DNA from: a virus
Taxonomy: Duplodnaviria > Heunggongvirae > Uroviricota > Caudoviricetes
Direction: 5' to 3' (one strand)
IMG/VR virus record: IMGVR_UViG_2537561944_000032
DNA length: 39,436 bases
Shown: positions 28,101 through 36,699 of the stretch, piece after piece
How positions within the stretch are numbered: position 1 is the stretch's first letter
How the letters are laid out: each line of letters starts with the position of its first letter
Program-made: the position numbers and the translations under genes
The notes under the pieces: model-generated
Database searches by the model: none
What the model was told of the DNA's origin: nothing
The model's input: only the letters and a program-made list of their open reading frames with translations

Positions 28101-29120
28101 ATGAGTTCACGCATTGATCTCGCTGATGCGCTCAGGAAAGAATCATCGCTCAGTGCATTCACATTTGATGGTCCTTATCGCCTGACCGGGCATGACCTGC
28201 TGGACAATATGTACTGTGCTGATAACGGACGGTGGTATGAAACCCCGGTGGACTGGTACGGTCTGGCAAGAGCAGCCCGGCAAACGTCCTGGCATCAGTC
28301 TGCGCTTTACTTTAAGCGCAATGTATTACTCGGTTGCTACATCCCGCACCCGCTGCTTTCCCGGCAGGATTTCTCGGCGCTGGCGCTGGACTGGTTTGTG
28401 TTCGGTAACGCATTCCTTGAGCTTAGAAGCAATATGCTCGGCGAACCGCTTAAATTACGGCACGCCCTGGCGAAATACATGCGACGCGGAAGCGATCTTG
28501 AATCATGGTGGTATGTGCAGGATGGCAAGGACGCGTTCCAGTTTCGCCCTGGCAAAGTGTGCCACCTGATGAATCCGGATATTAACCAGGAAATCTACGG
28601 CATGCCGGAATATCTTGGCGCATTACTCTCGGCCAGCCTTTCTCATTCGGCGGACATGTTCAGAAAACTGTACTACGACAACGGATCCCACGCCGGGTGC
28701 ATCATCTACATCGGTGCAGCGCAGGTAAACCGCGAAAGCATGGACTCCCTGAAAGAAACGTTACAGGGCGCGCGTGGTGGTGGTGCGTTTAAAAACGTAC
28801 TCATCCATGCGCCCAACGGGGGCAAAGAAGGTGTGCAAATTTTGCCGTTCCAGCAGATCACTGCAAAGGATGAGTTCATGAATGTTAAGGCGGCATCCCG
28901 TGATGATGTGCTGGCTGCGCACCGCGTTCCGCCGCAACTGATGGGGGCGATGCCGGGCGAAAAAAGTGCGTTTGGTGATGTGGAGAAGGCCGCGCGGGTT
29001 TACGCAATTAACGAGCTGATGCCCGTTATGGAGGCCATGAAGCACATCAATGACTGGCTTGGCGAAGAGGTGATCCGCTTTAACCCTTACGCACTGCTAG
29101 ATACCCAGCCCACATCCTGA
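28101..29120 (+). CDS. Q: portal (capsid vertex) protein gpQ-like
   Basis: 339 aa from ATG 28101 (ORF opens at 27990, overlapping the end of P); downstream of P on the same strand, divergent from O as in P2. Confidence 0.85.
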   Translation: MSSRIDLADALRKESSLSAFTFDGPYRLTGHDLLDNMYCADNGRWYETPVDWYGLARAARQTSWHQSALYFKRNVLLGCYIPHPLLSRQDFSALALDWFVFGNAFLELRSNMLGEPLKLRHALAKYMRRGSDLESWWYVQDGKDAFQFRPGKVCHLMNPDINQEIYGMPEYLGALLSASLSHSADMFRKLYYDNGSHAGCIIYIGAAQVNRESMDSLKETLQGARGGGAFKNVLIHAPNGGKEGVQILPFQQITAKDEFMNVKAASRDDVLAAHRVPPQLMGAMPGEKSAFGDVEKAARVYAINELMPVMEAMKHINDWLGEEVIRFNPYALLDTQPTS

Positions 29121-29146
29121 CGCGCTTCGCTTGTCTGCTGCTTCGC

Positions 29147-29171
29147 CGGGGCATAAAAAATTTATGCCCCG
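29147..29171. terminator. perfect palindromic hairpin (bidirectional terminator candidate) downstream of Q
   Basis: ggggcataaa-aaa-tttatgcccc; 10-bp perfect arms with A/T loop. Confidence 0.6.
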
Positions 29172-29543
29172 ACTCTCCAGCTCCTGTATCAATCAGATAA
29201 TTTCACGACGCTTTTCTGCTTATTGTCATCATCGGCGGTCAGACTCTTACGCAATCCCACCGCGTTGACTGCATGTTCTCGCCGCCTCAGTGCGATTTTG
29301 ACGGCCTTATCTGCCACCCATCAAATCAAAAGCCCTCACGTCTTTTTCACGCTCAGCGTGAGAAATACAGCCATTCTGTTGTGTCGCTGCGACATCGTTC
29401 AGGGGATGCTATTTACCCCCTGAAACGCGGGCTGTTCCCCCGTCACCTGCGCGCAGAAAAAGCGCGTTTTTTTGTGCACGCACGGATCCTTGACGGATCC
29501 AGCCGCCATGCGGGCCGGAAGGGTAAAAAGTCGTTCAAAAAAA

Positions 29544-29570
29544 TTGTGCAAACTTGTGCACTATTGTGCA
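29544..29570. repeat. three tandem TTGTGCA iterons at exact 10-bp phasing
   Basis: aaaTTGTGCAaacTTGTGCActaTTGTGCA; lies in the non-coding region between Q and the Ea22-like gene, where the P2 cos site would be expected. Confidence 0.6.
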
Positions 29571-29609
29571 GCAGGGCGATGCGCGATTATCGCCCTGGTT
29601 TGAGGGGGA

Positions 29610-30200
29610 TCAGGTGTTATTTTTATCTGTCGTCAGTGGGCTAAACCATCCACGATTTACATCGCAGGACTGATGCGTTCTGTCCTCGTGTTTCTCCTGC
29701 CACAATGCTTTTCCGCCAGCCTTTATGATGGCTCTTTCAACATCCCGCTCGTATCGCAAGGGCTGAAATACGTCATTAATGAAATATTCGCTTATGTCCG
29801 GAAGCGATACTGCAAAATTATTTGTTTGTTGCGCCGTCCTGCTATGCAGCAAAGCGGCATACTTTAATGCGTCCTGTGCTTTCTGGAATTTAAGTGCATA
29901 GTCAGTGGCGATTTTTTCCAGTTCAGCGATTCGGTTGTCTTTGGTTTCCAGCCAATCAAGTAGCGCCAATACTTCAGGATCCCCGACATCCAACACTGTT
30001 ACGCGTGATTTTTCATAATGTTCGTCGGCAAGAGTTCGGCCAATTTTGAAATCTCCATCATCACCATAACCGGAGCAGGCATAAACAACCTGTGCTCCAG
30101 ATATTCGCTGAATTGACATTTCCTCGCCGCAAATAGGGCATTTCGGTACTGGCACAGGTGAATAACGTTCACGTAATGCCTGATAGTTGATTTCGCTCAT
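29610..30200 (-). CDS. hypothetical protein, Ead/Ea22-like N-terminus with CxxC...C zinc-ribbon-like motif (196 aa)
   Basis: Starts MSEINYQALRERYS...KCPICGEEMSIQRISGAQVVYACSG; AAGGAG RBS; last gene of the parM-parR-containing unit. Confidence 0.55.
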   Translation of the reverse strand: MSEINYQALRERYSPVPVPKCPICGEEMSIQRISGAQVVYACSGYGDDGDFKIGRTLADEHYEKSRVTVLDVGDPEVLALLDWLETKDNRIAELEKIATDYALKFQKAQDALKYAALLHSRTAQQTNNFAVSLPDISEYFINDVFQPLRYERDVERAIIKAGGKALWQEKHEDRTHQSCDVNRGWFSPLTTDKNNT

Positions 30201-30263
30201 TAAGTCGTTCTCCTTGTTTATGTTCTGAGGTGGAGAGCAGGGCGAACTCGCCCTGATGTTTTG

Positions 30264-30575
30264 TTATTCAGGAAATAACGCCCGGATATTTCCGGCCATC
30301 TGACTGGTTATCTGTGCGGTTGATACTGGCTGTGATGCGGGGCGTTCTGTCCTGGTTTGTGTCACTGATAACGCTTCATCACCAGCCCATGCAGCCAGTC
30401 GATAAGCCTCTGCCGGATTCATTTTCAGAAGTGCCAGCCCGGCCAGAAAAGCCACGCGTTGGCCGCTTTTGCGGGCTTCTGGTGTAAGGCTGTCCAGCCA
30501 GGCGCATGCTTCTCCTTCGTTCTTGACGGCGGTGGGCTTCAGATAGAAACTTATCCGTCTGGTTGGAGTCGTCAT
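30264..30575 (-). CDS. ParR/StbB-like centromere-binding adaptor (ribbon-helix-helix type)
   Basis: 103 aa from ATG 30575 (AAGGAG RBS, 2 nt after parM-like stop). RRISFYLKP...LDSLTPEARKSGQRVAFLAGLALL and C-terminal IRALFPE resemble plasmid R1 ParR as I recall it. Confidence 0.65.
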   Translation of the reverse strand: MTTPTRRISFYLKPTAVKNEGEACAWLDSLTPEARKSGQRVAFLAGLALLKMNPAEAYRLAAWAGDEALSVTQTRTERPASQPVSTAQITSQMAGNIRALFPE

Positions 30576-30579
30576 TGGT

Positions 30580-31539
30580 TTACTCCTTGTCCATTGCGTA
30601 CAGCCCATTAACCAGAGCAAACTGTGGCACCCCGTCCGCGATGAAAGTCGCATTAACTCCGCAGGCTTCGCGGATAGCGGGTGCCACAATCTCCGCCCCT
30701 CCACCGACAACCATCACCCGCCCGTAACCCGAAAAACCCGCCAGCGCGCGGATCACGCGTTGTTTCAGTGTTTCTTCCTTTTCACGAATAACCGCCATCA
30801 GGCTGGCGTAATGCGCGTCATTGTGGATGTGCTGGCGCAGCCAGGCTTCATCATGGCGATGTTCGATAATGGTATTGGCGATGTGGTGACTGGTGCGCAT
30901 ACCGTTAGTGGCCATCACCGACAGTACGGCATCGGCCATCAGAGAAACGCCCACGTGTGGATCGCAAAACACCTGGCTGATACCTGCCAGTTGCCCCTGA
31001 ACCTTTGCCACATCCAGAGTGGTTCCGCCCAAATCCACAATCAGCAGGGATTCAAACGGACTCATGTCAGCCAGTGCCTTAAAGCCAGCCGGAATGGATT
31101 CAGGCATAACCCGTACGTTACGGATAGTGAATGCTTCGCCGTTCTGGTACTCCACCGGGCGCATGACGTTCGCTTTTTTGCGGTTGATGTTGGCCATGTC
31201 CGGCTGTGCGTTTGTATCGAAATACTCGCTCAGTGGCAGGGTGACAACCACATCCACTTCCTGTGGTGTGATGCCTGATTTGACCAGCGCGTGATGAATG
31301 GCAATTATATTCACATCGCTGTACTGGTATTGCGTGTCGGTCGTCTGGACAAAGCGATCGCTGACCGGATCAAAACCATAGCGCACGCCATCAAGCATGT
31401 AGTTCGCGGGCTGCGTGCCACCGAACGGCGCAGACCATTCCGACTTGAAGCTGTTCGGGCTGATGGCGTTGCGGCGTTCGCCGTTCTCAGTCCATGCCAG
31501 CTTGATGTTGGTGGAGCCGTCGTCGATACAAATTTTCAT
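30580..31539 (-). CDS. ParM/StbA-like actin-family ATPase
   Basis: N-terminus MKICIDDGSTNIKLAW...ISPNSFKSEW...QYSDVNIIAIHHALVKSG closely parallels plasmid R1 ParM (FIDDGSTNIKLQW...ISPNSFKREW...QYSDVNVVAVHHALL) as I recall it; also the adjacent-Gly phosphate-binding loop DLGGTT. Confidence 0.8.
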   Translation of the reverse strand: MKICIDDGSTNIKLAWTENGERRNAISPNSFKSEWSAPFGGTQPANYMLDGVRYGFDPVSDRFVQTTDTQYQYSDVNIIAIHHALVKSGITPQEVDVVVTLPLSEYFDTNAQPDMANINRKKANVMRPVEYQNGEAFTIRNVRVMPESIPAGFKALADMSPFESLLIVDLGGTTLDVAKVQGQLAGISQVFCDPHVGVSLMADAVLSVMATNGMRTSHHIANTIIEHRHDEAWLRQHIHNDAHYASLMAVIREKEETLKQRVIRALAGFSGYGRVMVVGGGAEIVAPAIREACGVNATFIADGVPQFALVNGLYAMDKE

Positions 31540-31574
31540 GTCGCTTTTCCTTGTGTTGATTAATTAATCGGTTA

Positions 31575-31685
31575 CAGGATTTTTAAATCCCGCTTTTGCC
31601 TGTTTTGTGCGCGCTTCATATATCGCGGCACGTTTTTTGCTCATTTACGGGATTTGTGAGTCCCGTTTCTGTCTGTTTTTTGTTT
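31575..31685. repeat. two copies of a 35-40 bp direct repeat containing a short palindrome, spanning the 3' end of gene A and the parM upstream region
   Basis: acaggatttttaaatcccgcttttgcctgttttgtg (31575-31610) versus acgggatttgtgagtcccgtttctgtctgttttttg (31645-31680), about 80% identical. Confidence 0.4.
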
Positions 31686-34456
31686 CCACTGGTCAGGCTA
31701 CCCCGCAGCAGGTCTGCTTTGCGGTGGGCGCGTTCAGTGGTTTCACTGATTCTCTGTGCGTGCACTGCGTCACGGATGGCGCGCAGCATGTCAGAAAGCA
31801 CGGTAACGGGGGTTTTCATGGTGTTCTGGTCCTGCTGAAGTGTGGATGCCAGGTGTGCGGCGGCTTCGGGGTCTGATGCCCCCAGCTGTTCCAGATAGCT
31901 GGCGACCGGGTTATGGCGGATCTCCGTGCTGCTTACGCCGTGATTACGGCTCAGGCGCTGCCAGAGTTGCGTGATTCGGCTGTCCGGGCGGGTATCTGGT
32001 TTGCGTACAATTTCAAATCCCTGCGGTGCAATGATGCTGCCGTCAACGTACAGACTGCCGCCCCGTAACAGGTGCTGCATCTGCTGTTCACCGATATGCA
32101 GGCCGAGAGATTCAGCAGACTCCCGCCATTCTTTAGCGAGTAACTCGTGATTATCAGGCAAAGGCCGTGGCTGTTTGCGGCTCTGTGTCCAGTTCTGCAT
32201 TTCATCACTGCTGTTTTTTGCCTGTTTGTCACGCAGCGAACGCATCAGCGCCCGGCGTTCGTGCCGTTTCAGTGAGCGCATCCATTCATTCACGTCAACG
32301 CCGTCAGGAAGCTGCGGCCACGGTGCTGGCCTTTCTTCCGGCTGTTCTGTCCCGTTGTTGTCCGTTTCCTGTACACGGGGACAGTTATTGCCACGAGTCC
32401 AAGGGGCGGCAGGGCCGCCCTGAAGGTCAAAACCATTTTCGCGGGTGCTGTCTTCCGCTTCCGGTTTACGTCTTACCAGCTTCCAGTTATCCGGGTGCGT
32501 GCACACACGGGAGGATTCCCCGATGAGTGGTGACCAGATCCCGTAAATCTGTACGCTCTGTTCGCCGTAATCGTTCAGCTCATCTGCGAGGTCGTAGGCG
32601 GTGCGAATCAGGTAGTCTTTGCGTGGAACAAGTACGCCGCCCTGTTTCTCAATGTAGGTGGCAAAACACCCGGCATCAGCGGCAGCGAGTACCGCATCCA
32701 TTGCATCATCCTTCAGCCGTTGTGGGCCTTCCGGGTTGCGTGCCATCTGGCTGGCAAGGCGGCGGAGTTCACGCCATACCTGACGGGAGGGGATGCCAAA
32801 GAACTGGAACTGGCGGACCCGGTGAAGGCGTGCCCAGCCGATGGCGCGTTCCACGCTCTCGGCCATTGATTTTCCGGTTTCGTGGTCAACGCGTGGCTTG
32901 CCCGTTTTCGGGTCGATGCCATCCACGGCGCGGCTGTCCAGGTTCTTTCCGATGTAGGTGGCGATGTAGCTGGTTGGCGTGCCTTTTGAGCCGTCGACAT
33001 ACTCCACCTTAAAGCGCGGAGTAATATCATTGCCCAGCTCGTGGCGGTCTTCCTGAATGGCAATATCGCGGGTGTGGGACACAATGGTGTCGATTTCTTC
33101 CGGATGAGCAAAGACCATCATATGCCAGTGCACGGTGCCGTCATGGTGAGGCTCCACCGTGCGGATGCCATACCAGCGCAGGCCGTCGCGGTTCAGTTTC
33201 TTGCGGACCGCCGCAAAAAACGTGTTAACCAGGTAATCGCTGGAGTCGCGCATGGTGGCCCCGTTCCATTTGGGATTCGGATGACCGTTCTCTGTTGTGG
33301 CGTGGTATTTTGACGGGCAGGTGACAGTCAGAAACACCGCTCTGTCGCCACGGGCTTCGGCCAGAAGTTCCAGCCCCTTCATGGTGGCCATCATTTCTGC
33401 CTTACGGTGAATCGGGTTACTTACTCCCGCGTAATACACTGTCTCGAGATCAATCGTGAACCCGTCTTCGTTTTCCAGCATGAAACTTTTCAGGAAATCG
33501 CGTGTTTTCTCGCGCTGTGCGCGAAACTCGCTTAACGCGTCCTGGCTCAGATAGGGTGATGTTTTTCTGGAAACCAGACAGGCGGCGCGGAGTTGTTCTT
33601 CTCTCCACTCGCAACGTAACAGCCACAGTTTGCGTTTCCACCATTCCGCACAGGTCAGGCGAAGGATTGCGCCCGGCAGCAGCTCCGTGTCCGGTTCATT
33701 CCTCCGGTCTTTGTCTGTTGTCAGAGCGTCATAATGTGGAGGCATAGCGTGCAGGTGTAACGCCATGCGGGCCAGCATCTGATACGCCTTCAGCGTTACA
33801 TCCATGGTCAGCTCGCCATCGGTCGCGCCAAAGCCATCGCAGAGTTTTTCAAAAGTGCCACTGAACATCGCCGCCGTCATGGTGGCCAGCGTCTGTATCT
33901 GGTGTTTGTTGAGCTGCGGCAGGTAAAGCAAATCGTCCAGGCGTTCGCGTCCGGCAAGGGAGCGATAGCCCGGTGTCAGCCAGCGGCTGTCGGTGCGGTC
34001 CAGACGTTCGAATATTTTGCGCAGGGTTCCGCGCGCGTAGCGTTCAGCCTGCCAGCTCTTTTTGCCTTTCTGACGATCGGCTTCCTGCTTCTTGCGCAGA
34101 AAAGAGAGGTGGCGGCTCAGAGGTTCACGCAGATAAACGGGAAGCACCTTCAGTGTGGCAAAAGCACGGGCCACCGGGTCTTGTTCTGTTGCCTGACGCT
34201 TGCTGATGATGCTTTGTGCCAGCTTTTCACGCTGTCCGGCTTCCTCAAGGGATGCCATGAGTTTTTTACCCACGGTGGATTGTGCGAAAAAGGCTTCTTC
34301 CTTCGCTTCCTGTTCTTCCTGTGCCCTTTTGTTTGCCTCAAGGTAGTAACGGATGGCGCGTTGCAGGTCGGTTTCAGTTTCCTGCCTGCGCTCCGTAAAT
34401 CTGGCCGGATCAATGGCTGGCCGTGGTTCATTCCAGCTCCATGCAAACGCACTCAT
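31616..34456 (-). CDS. A: replication initiation endonuclease gpA-like (rolling-circle HUH nickase)
   Basis: About 946 aa; HUH motif GTVHWHMMVFAH and paired catalytic tyrosines SYIATYIGK; ATG 34456 in ATGA overlap with upstream ORF (GTG 34483 alternative). Confidence 0.85.
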   Translation of the reverse strand: MSAFAWSWNEPRPAIDPARFTERRQETETDLQRAIRYYLEANKRAQEEQEAKEEAFFAQSTVGKKLMASLEEAGQREKLAQSIISKRQATEQDPVARAFATLKVLPVYLREPLSRHLSFLRKKQEADRQKGKKSWQAERYARGTLRKIFERLDRTDSRWLTPGYRSLAGRERLDDLLYLPQLNKHQIQTLATMTAAMFSGTFEKLCDGFGATDGELTMDVTLKAYQMLARMALHLHAMPPHYDALTTDKDRRNEPDTELLPGAILRLTCAEWWKRKLWLLRCEWREEQLRAACLVSRKTSPYLSQDALSEFRAQREKTRDFLKSFMLENEDGFTIDLETVYYAGVSNPIHRKAEMMATMKGLELLAEARGDRAVFLTVTCPSKYHATTENGHPNPKWNGATMRDSSDYLVNTFFAAVRKKLNRDGLRWYGIRTVEPHHDGTVHWHMMVFAHPEEIDTIVSHTRDIAIQEDRHELGNDITPRFKVEYVDGSKGTPTSYIATYIGKNLDSRAVDGIDPKTGKPRVDHETGKSMAESVERAIGWARLHRVRQFQFFGIPSRQVWRELRRLASQMARNPEGPQRLKDDAMDAVLAAADAGCFATYIEKQGGVLVPRKDYLIRTAYDLADELNDYGEQSVQIYGIWSPLIGESSRVCTHPDNWKLVRRKPEAEDSTRENGFDLQGGPAAPWTRGNNCPRVQETDNNGTEQPEERPAPWPQLPDGVDVNEWMRSLKRHERRALMRSLRDKQAKNSSDEMQNWTQSRKQPRPLPDNHELLAKEWRESAESLGLHIGEQQMQHLLRGGSLYVDGSIIAPQGFEIVRKPDTRPDSRITQLWQRLSRNHGVSSTEIRHNPVASYLEQLGASDPEAAAHLASTLQQDQNTMKTPVTVLSDMLRAIRDAVHAQRISETTERAHRKADLLRGSLTSGNKKQTETGLTNPVNEQKTCRDI

Positions 34457-34842
34457 GGCTGGTATCCCGTCACGCGCTGCCACTCCTGTGAGAAGAGGGC
34501 GGAAAGGCGGTTAAATTCAGCGGAGTATTCACTCAGCGAGGCACACCCGCCAGCAGTGCGATGCGCCAGCATTGCCGCAAATATGGAGGCCGGGGAGTCG
34601 TAATACGCCAGCAGTGATTCGCCGTGTGGTGTCAGGCAGTGCAACGCCAGCCCGTGTGGTGTGAAGTCCACGCGGTAGCAGTCGTCTACTGTGAAATAAA
34701 GGGTGTCTGCATTCTCCGGTTTTGTGGTGCGTGCTCTGTTGTCACGACCACGGATGTAGAGATCAAATAATCCCTGAAGAACGGGAGCCAGACGGGTGTC
34801 CTGTGTGCGCACCCATCTTGTGAAGTCATGAGCGTCAATCAT
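34453..34842 (-). CDS. hypothetical early protein (129 aa)
   Basis: ORF translationally coupled to gene A (ATGA overlap); no family recognised. Confidence 0.5.
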   Translation of the reverse strand: MIDAHDFTRWVRTQDTRLAPVLQGLFDLYIRGRDNRARTTKPENADTLYFTVDDCYRVDFTPHGLALHCLTPHGESLLAYYDSPASIFAAMLAHRTAGGCASLSEYSAEFNRLSALFSQEWQRVTGYQP

Positions 34843-34950
34843 GCTGCAATTCTCTTTACTACAGATGTGCGAAGGCTTCCTGCCAAAAAACTCAGAAGCG
34901 GTCGGTTACAGGAATTGACGTTCTACGAGTAGTTATTGCTGGCTTGAGGT

Positions 34951-35169
34951 TCATTTCTGTTTAATTCCGTGCATGCTGTAGAAGAAATCAAAAGTGTTAT
35001 CTATGCGTATCATGAGCTCACGCTGCATCGCTTCTGGTGTTTCTGGTTCGCCTGGTGAGCCAACTCCCGCGAAGAAATCACCGATCTCGCTTTGAATAAG
35101 TGCCTTTAGCGTTGCTGAGGAACTCAGGTGTGTTCGGTGATGTCTGCGAGTGATTCTTCTCCTACTCAT
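34951..35169 (-). CDS. hypothetical early protein (72 aa)
   Basis: ORF with ATGA overlap to upstream gene; basic N-terminus. Confidence 0.45.
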   Translation of the reverse strand: MSRRRITRRHHRTHLSSSATLKALIQSEIGDFFAGVGSPGEPETPEAMQRELMIRIDNTFDFFYSMHGIKQK

Positions 35170-35369
35170 TTGCGTGGATCCTGTACCTGTCGGATAAGAT
35201 TCACCCGCGCCACATTAGTGGCGCAAAAGTAAGTGCCGTCAGTGAGATAGATGTGGTGTGCATCCTTTTCTGAGCGGTGTTTGTCGATTGTGGTAATCAG
35301 ACGTTCGTCGACTTCGTATTCACGTCCTCTGGAGGTGAAACGAACGACAGGAAAATGCTTAATTGCCAT
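35166..35369 (-). CDS. hypothetical early protein (67 aa)
   Basis: Met at 35369 (MAIKHFPVVRF...) preceded by perfect AAGGAGG RBS; ORF-track version extends to 35420 without RBS support. Confidence 0.55.
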   Translation of the reverse strand: MAIKHFPVVRFTSRGREYEVDERLITTIDKHRSEKDAHHIYLTDGTYFCATNVARVNLIRQVQDPRK

Positions 35370-35455
35370 TACGCCTCCTTGGTGTGTGTGAATACCTCTG
35401 CGAATGCAGATTGTGTTCACATTTTTTTATTTAAGCTGGGGTTTTATTTATGCGG

Positions 35456-35569
35456 TTATTCGCCAGTGAAAAAGCGTTCAATCTTTTTTACTGAATTAAT
35501 AATTCGCATAATACCAATTGCACAAACCACCGAAATAATAAGAACAATCCAGGATATAAATATACTCAT
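35456..35569 (-). CDS. small hydrophobic membrane peptide (37 aa)
   Basis: Manual translation MSIFISWIVLIISVVCAIGIMRIINSVKKIERFFTGE: one TM helix plus charged tail; ATG overlaps stop of upstream gene (ATGA). Below the ORF-track cutoff. Confidence 0.4.
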   Translation of the reverse strand: MSIFISWIVLIISVVCAIGIMRIINSVKKIERFFTGE

Positions 35570-35808
35570 GCGATATTTCCCAGTTTGTACGGCTCAATAT
35601 GCTCCCCGCATTCTGCGGCGCAGATAAGCTCAGAAAGTTCATTAAGTGCATCCAGATCGTCAGCGTAAAAAGCTACGTCATACAGACTCCGGATAGCCCT
35701 GGTCAATGAGTCACGGGCTGCACGTTCTGAATGAGCGCCGGATGCGCTTAAACGAAAATAAAAACGCTCAAGTGCTTTGTTGATGAGAGTTTTATATTCT
35801 TTATCCAT
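35566..35808 (-). CDS. hypothetical early protein (80 aa)
   Basis: ORF in the early operon; no family recognised. Confidence 0.45.
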   Translation of the reverse strand: MDKEYKTLINKALERFYFRLSASGAHSERAARDSLTRAIRSLYDVAFYADDLDALNELSELICAAECGEHIEPYKLGNIA

Positions 35809-35819
35809 CGCAACACCCT

Positions 35820-36098
35820 TTAATCTGCTTTCTGAATTTCAGCTTCTGAATCCATGCAGATAATCTCGATATAGGGTTCATCGCCATTAACCTGACGAGA
35901 TTTTTCGGCTTCGCTAATTATTTCGCGAATGATCTGGTACGGAAGCTCTACAGTCAGGCGTGTACCGTTCAGATAAACGTAGGTAGCTGCGTTTTTTTCA
36001 GATGGAACTACTCCGTCAATAGCTGATGCGCGTAATAACAGTTCACCGCGAAAATCAATAAAGCGGATAAATACACCTTGTGCATGGTCTTTAGTCAT
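35820..36098 (-). CDS. hypothetical early protein (92 aa)
   Basis: ORF in the early operon; no family recognised. Confidence 0.45.
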   Translation of the reverse strand: MTKDHAQGVFIRFIDFRGELLLRASAIDGVVPSEKNAATYVYLNGTRLTVELPYQIIREIISEAEKSRQVNGDEPYIEIICMDSEAEIQKAD

Positions 36099-36108
36099 AA
36101 AGCACCTG

Positions 36109-36458
36109 TTATAAAGCAGCCTGTTTAATAAAACTTTGCCCGCGAAGCAGACGATCGACTGTGCGTAGTGCTTCGTACAATGTGAAATCCTGCCCGAACT
36201 GATTATCGCCGCTGCTTAATGCAAAAATGCGGTTTCCGGTAAACGGATTGTGTGGGCATCTGTGAACCACGATTCCAGCTTTCTCAATCAGCCAGGTGTG
36301 TTCGCCGATTTGTTTTACAGCGTGCCCATCTGGTGTTGCGTGCGTCTCGTTCAGGTTATAGCGGCTGTTACTACGTGATGCACTGGTAGCGACGTGGTGT
36401 ACATGGCGTTCTACGCCATTACGAAATTTGGAGTATGGATTATTAGTGTTTTTTTCAT
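36109..36458 (-). pseudogene. possible frameshifted early gene (about 115 codons open but without an in-frame start)
   Basis: ATG at 36458 opens a frame that stops after 15 codons; the +1 frame is open for about 120 codons to a stop at 36109-36111 (…HNPFTGNRIFALSSGDNQFGQDFTLYEALRTV…). The two frames would join with one extra A in the A7 run (plus-strand T-run 36449-36455). Confidence 0.3.
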
Positions 36459-36479
36459 GATGATGCTCTGTTCATTGTT

Positions 36480-36683
36480 TTAGCTGTTAGCCAAAGCGTC
36501 TTTTAACATCGCCACAAGGTTTACTTCAGGCTTTTCCATTTTGGCGCGTTTGGGGCGGATAATAATTCGACCGTCAGCCAACATCTTTTTGCATGTATTA
36601 AGAGGGATACCTGTTATCTCTGCATATTTCTGCAGGGATACATAGGGGGCATTCACATTGATATTGATGGTTATACCTGACAT
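36480..36683 (-). CDS. small HTH DNA-binding protein, excisionase/Cox/AlpA-like (67 aa)
   Basis: AGGAGG RBS; YVSLQKYAEITGIPLNTCKKMLADGRI resembles the helix-turn-helix of Xis/AlpA-type proteins; second gene of the early rightward-type operon. Confidence 0.5.
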   Translation of the reverse strand: MSGITININVNAPYVSLQKYAEITGIPLNTCKKMLADGRIIIRPKRAKMEKPEVNLVAMLKDALANS

Positions 36684-36699
36684 CCCACTAGCCTCCTGA

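Noticed and set aside
29480-29530. GC-rich then A-rich stretch (gccgccatgcgggccggaagggtaaaaag) examined as a candidate P2-type 19-nt cohesive end
   Set aside because: Only loose resemblance to the P2 cohesive-end sequence as I recall it; cannot be called from sequence alone.
31596-33313. Multiple plus-strand ORFs (31596..31838, 32167..32526, 32527..33012, 33041..33313) opposite gene A
   Set aside because: Antisense to the HUH replication initiator gene; Arg/Cys/Pro-rich translations characteristic of GC-rich antisense frames.
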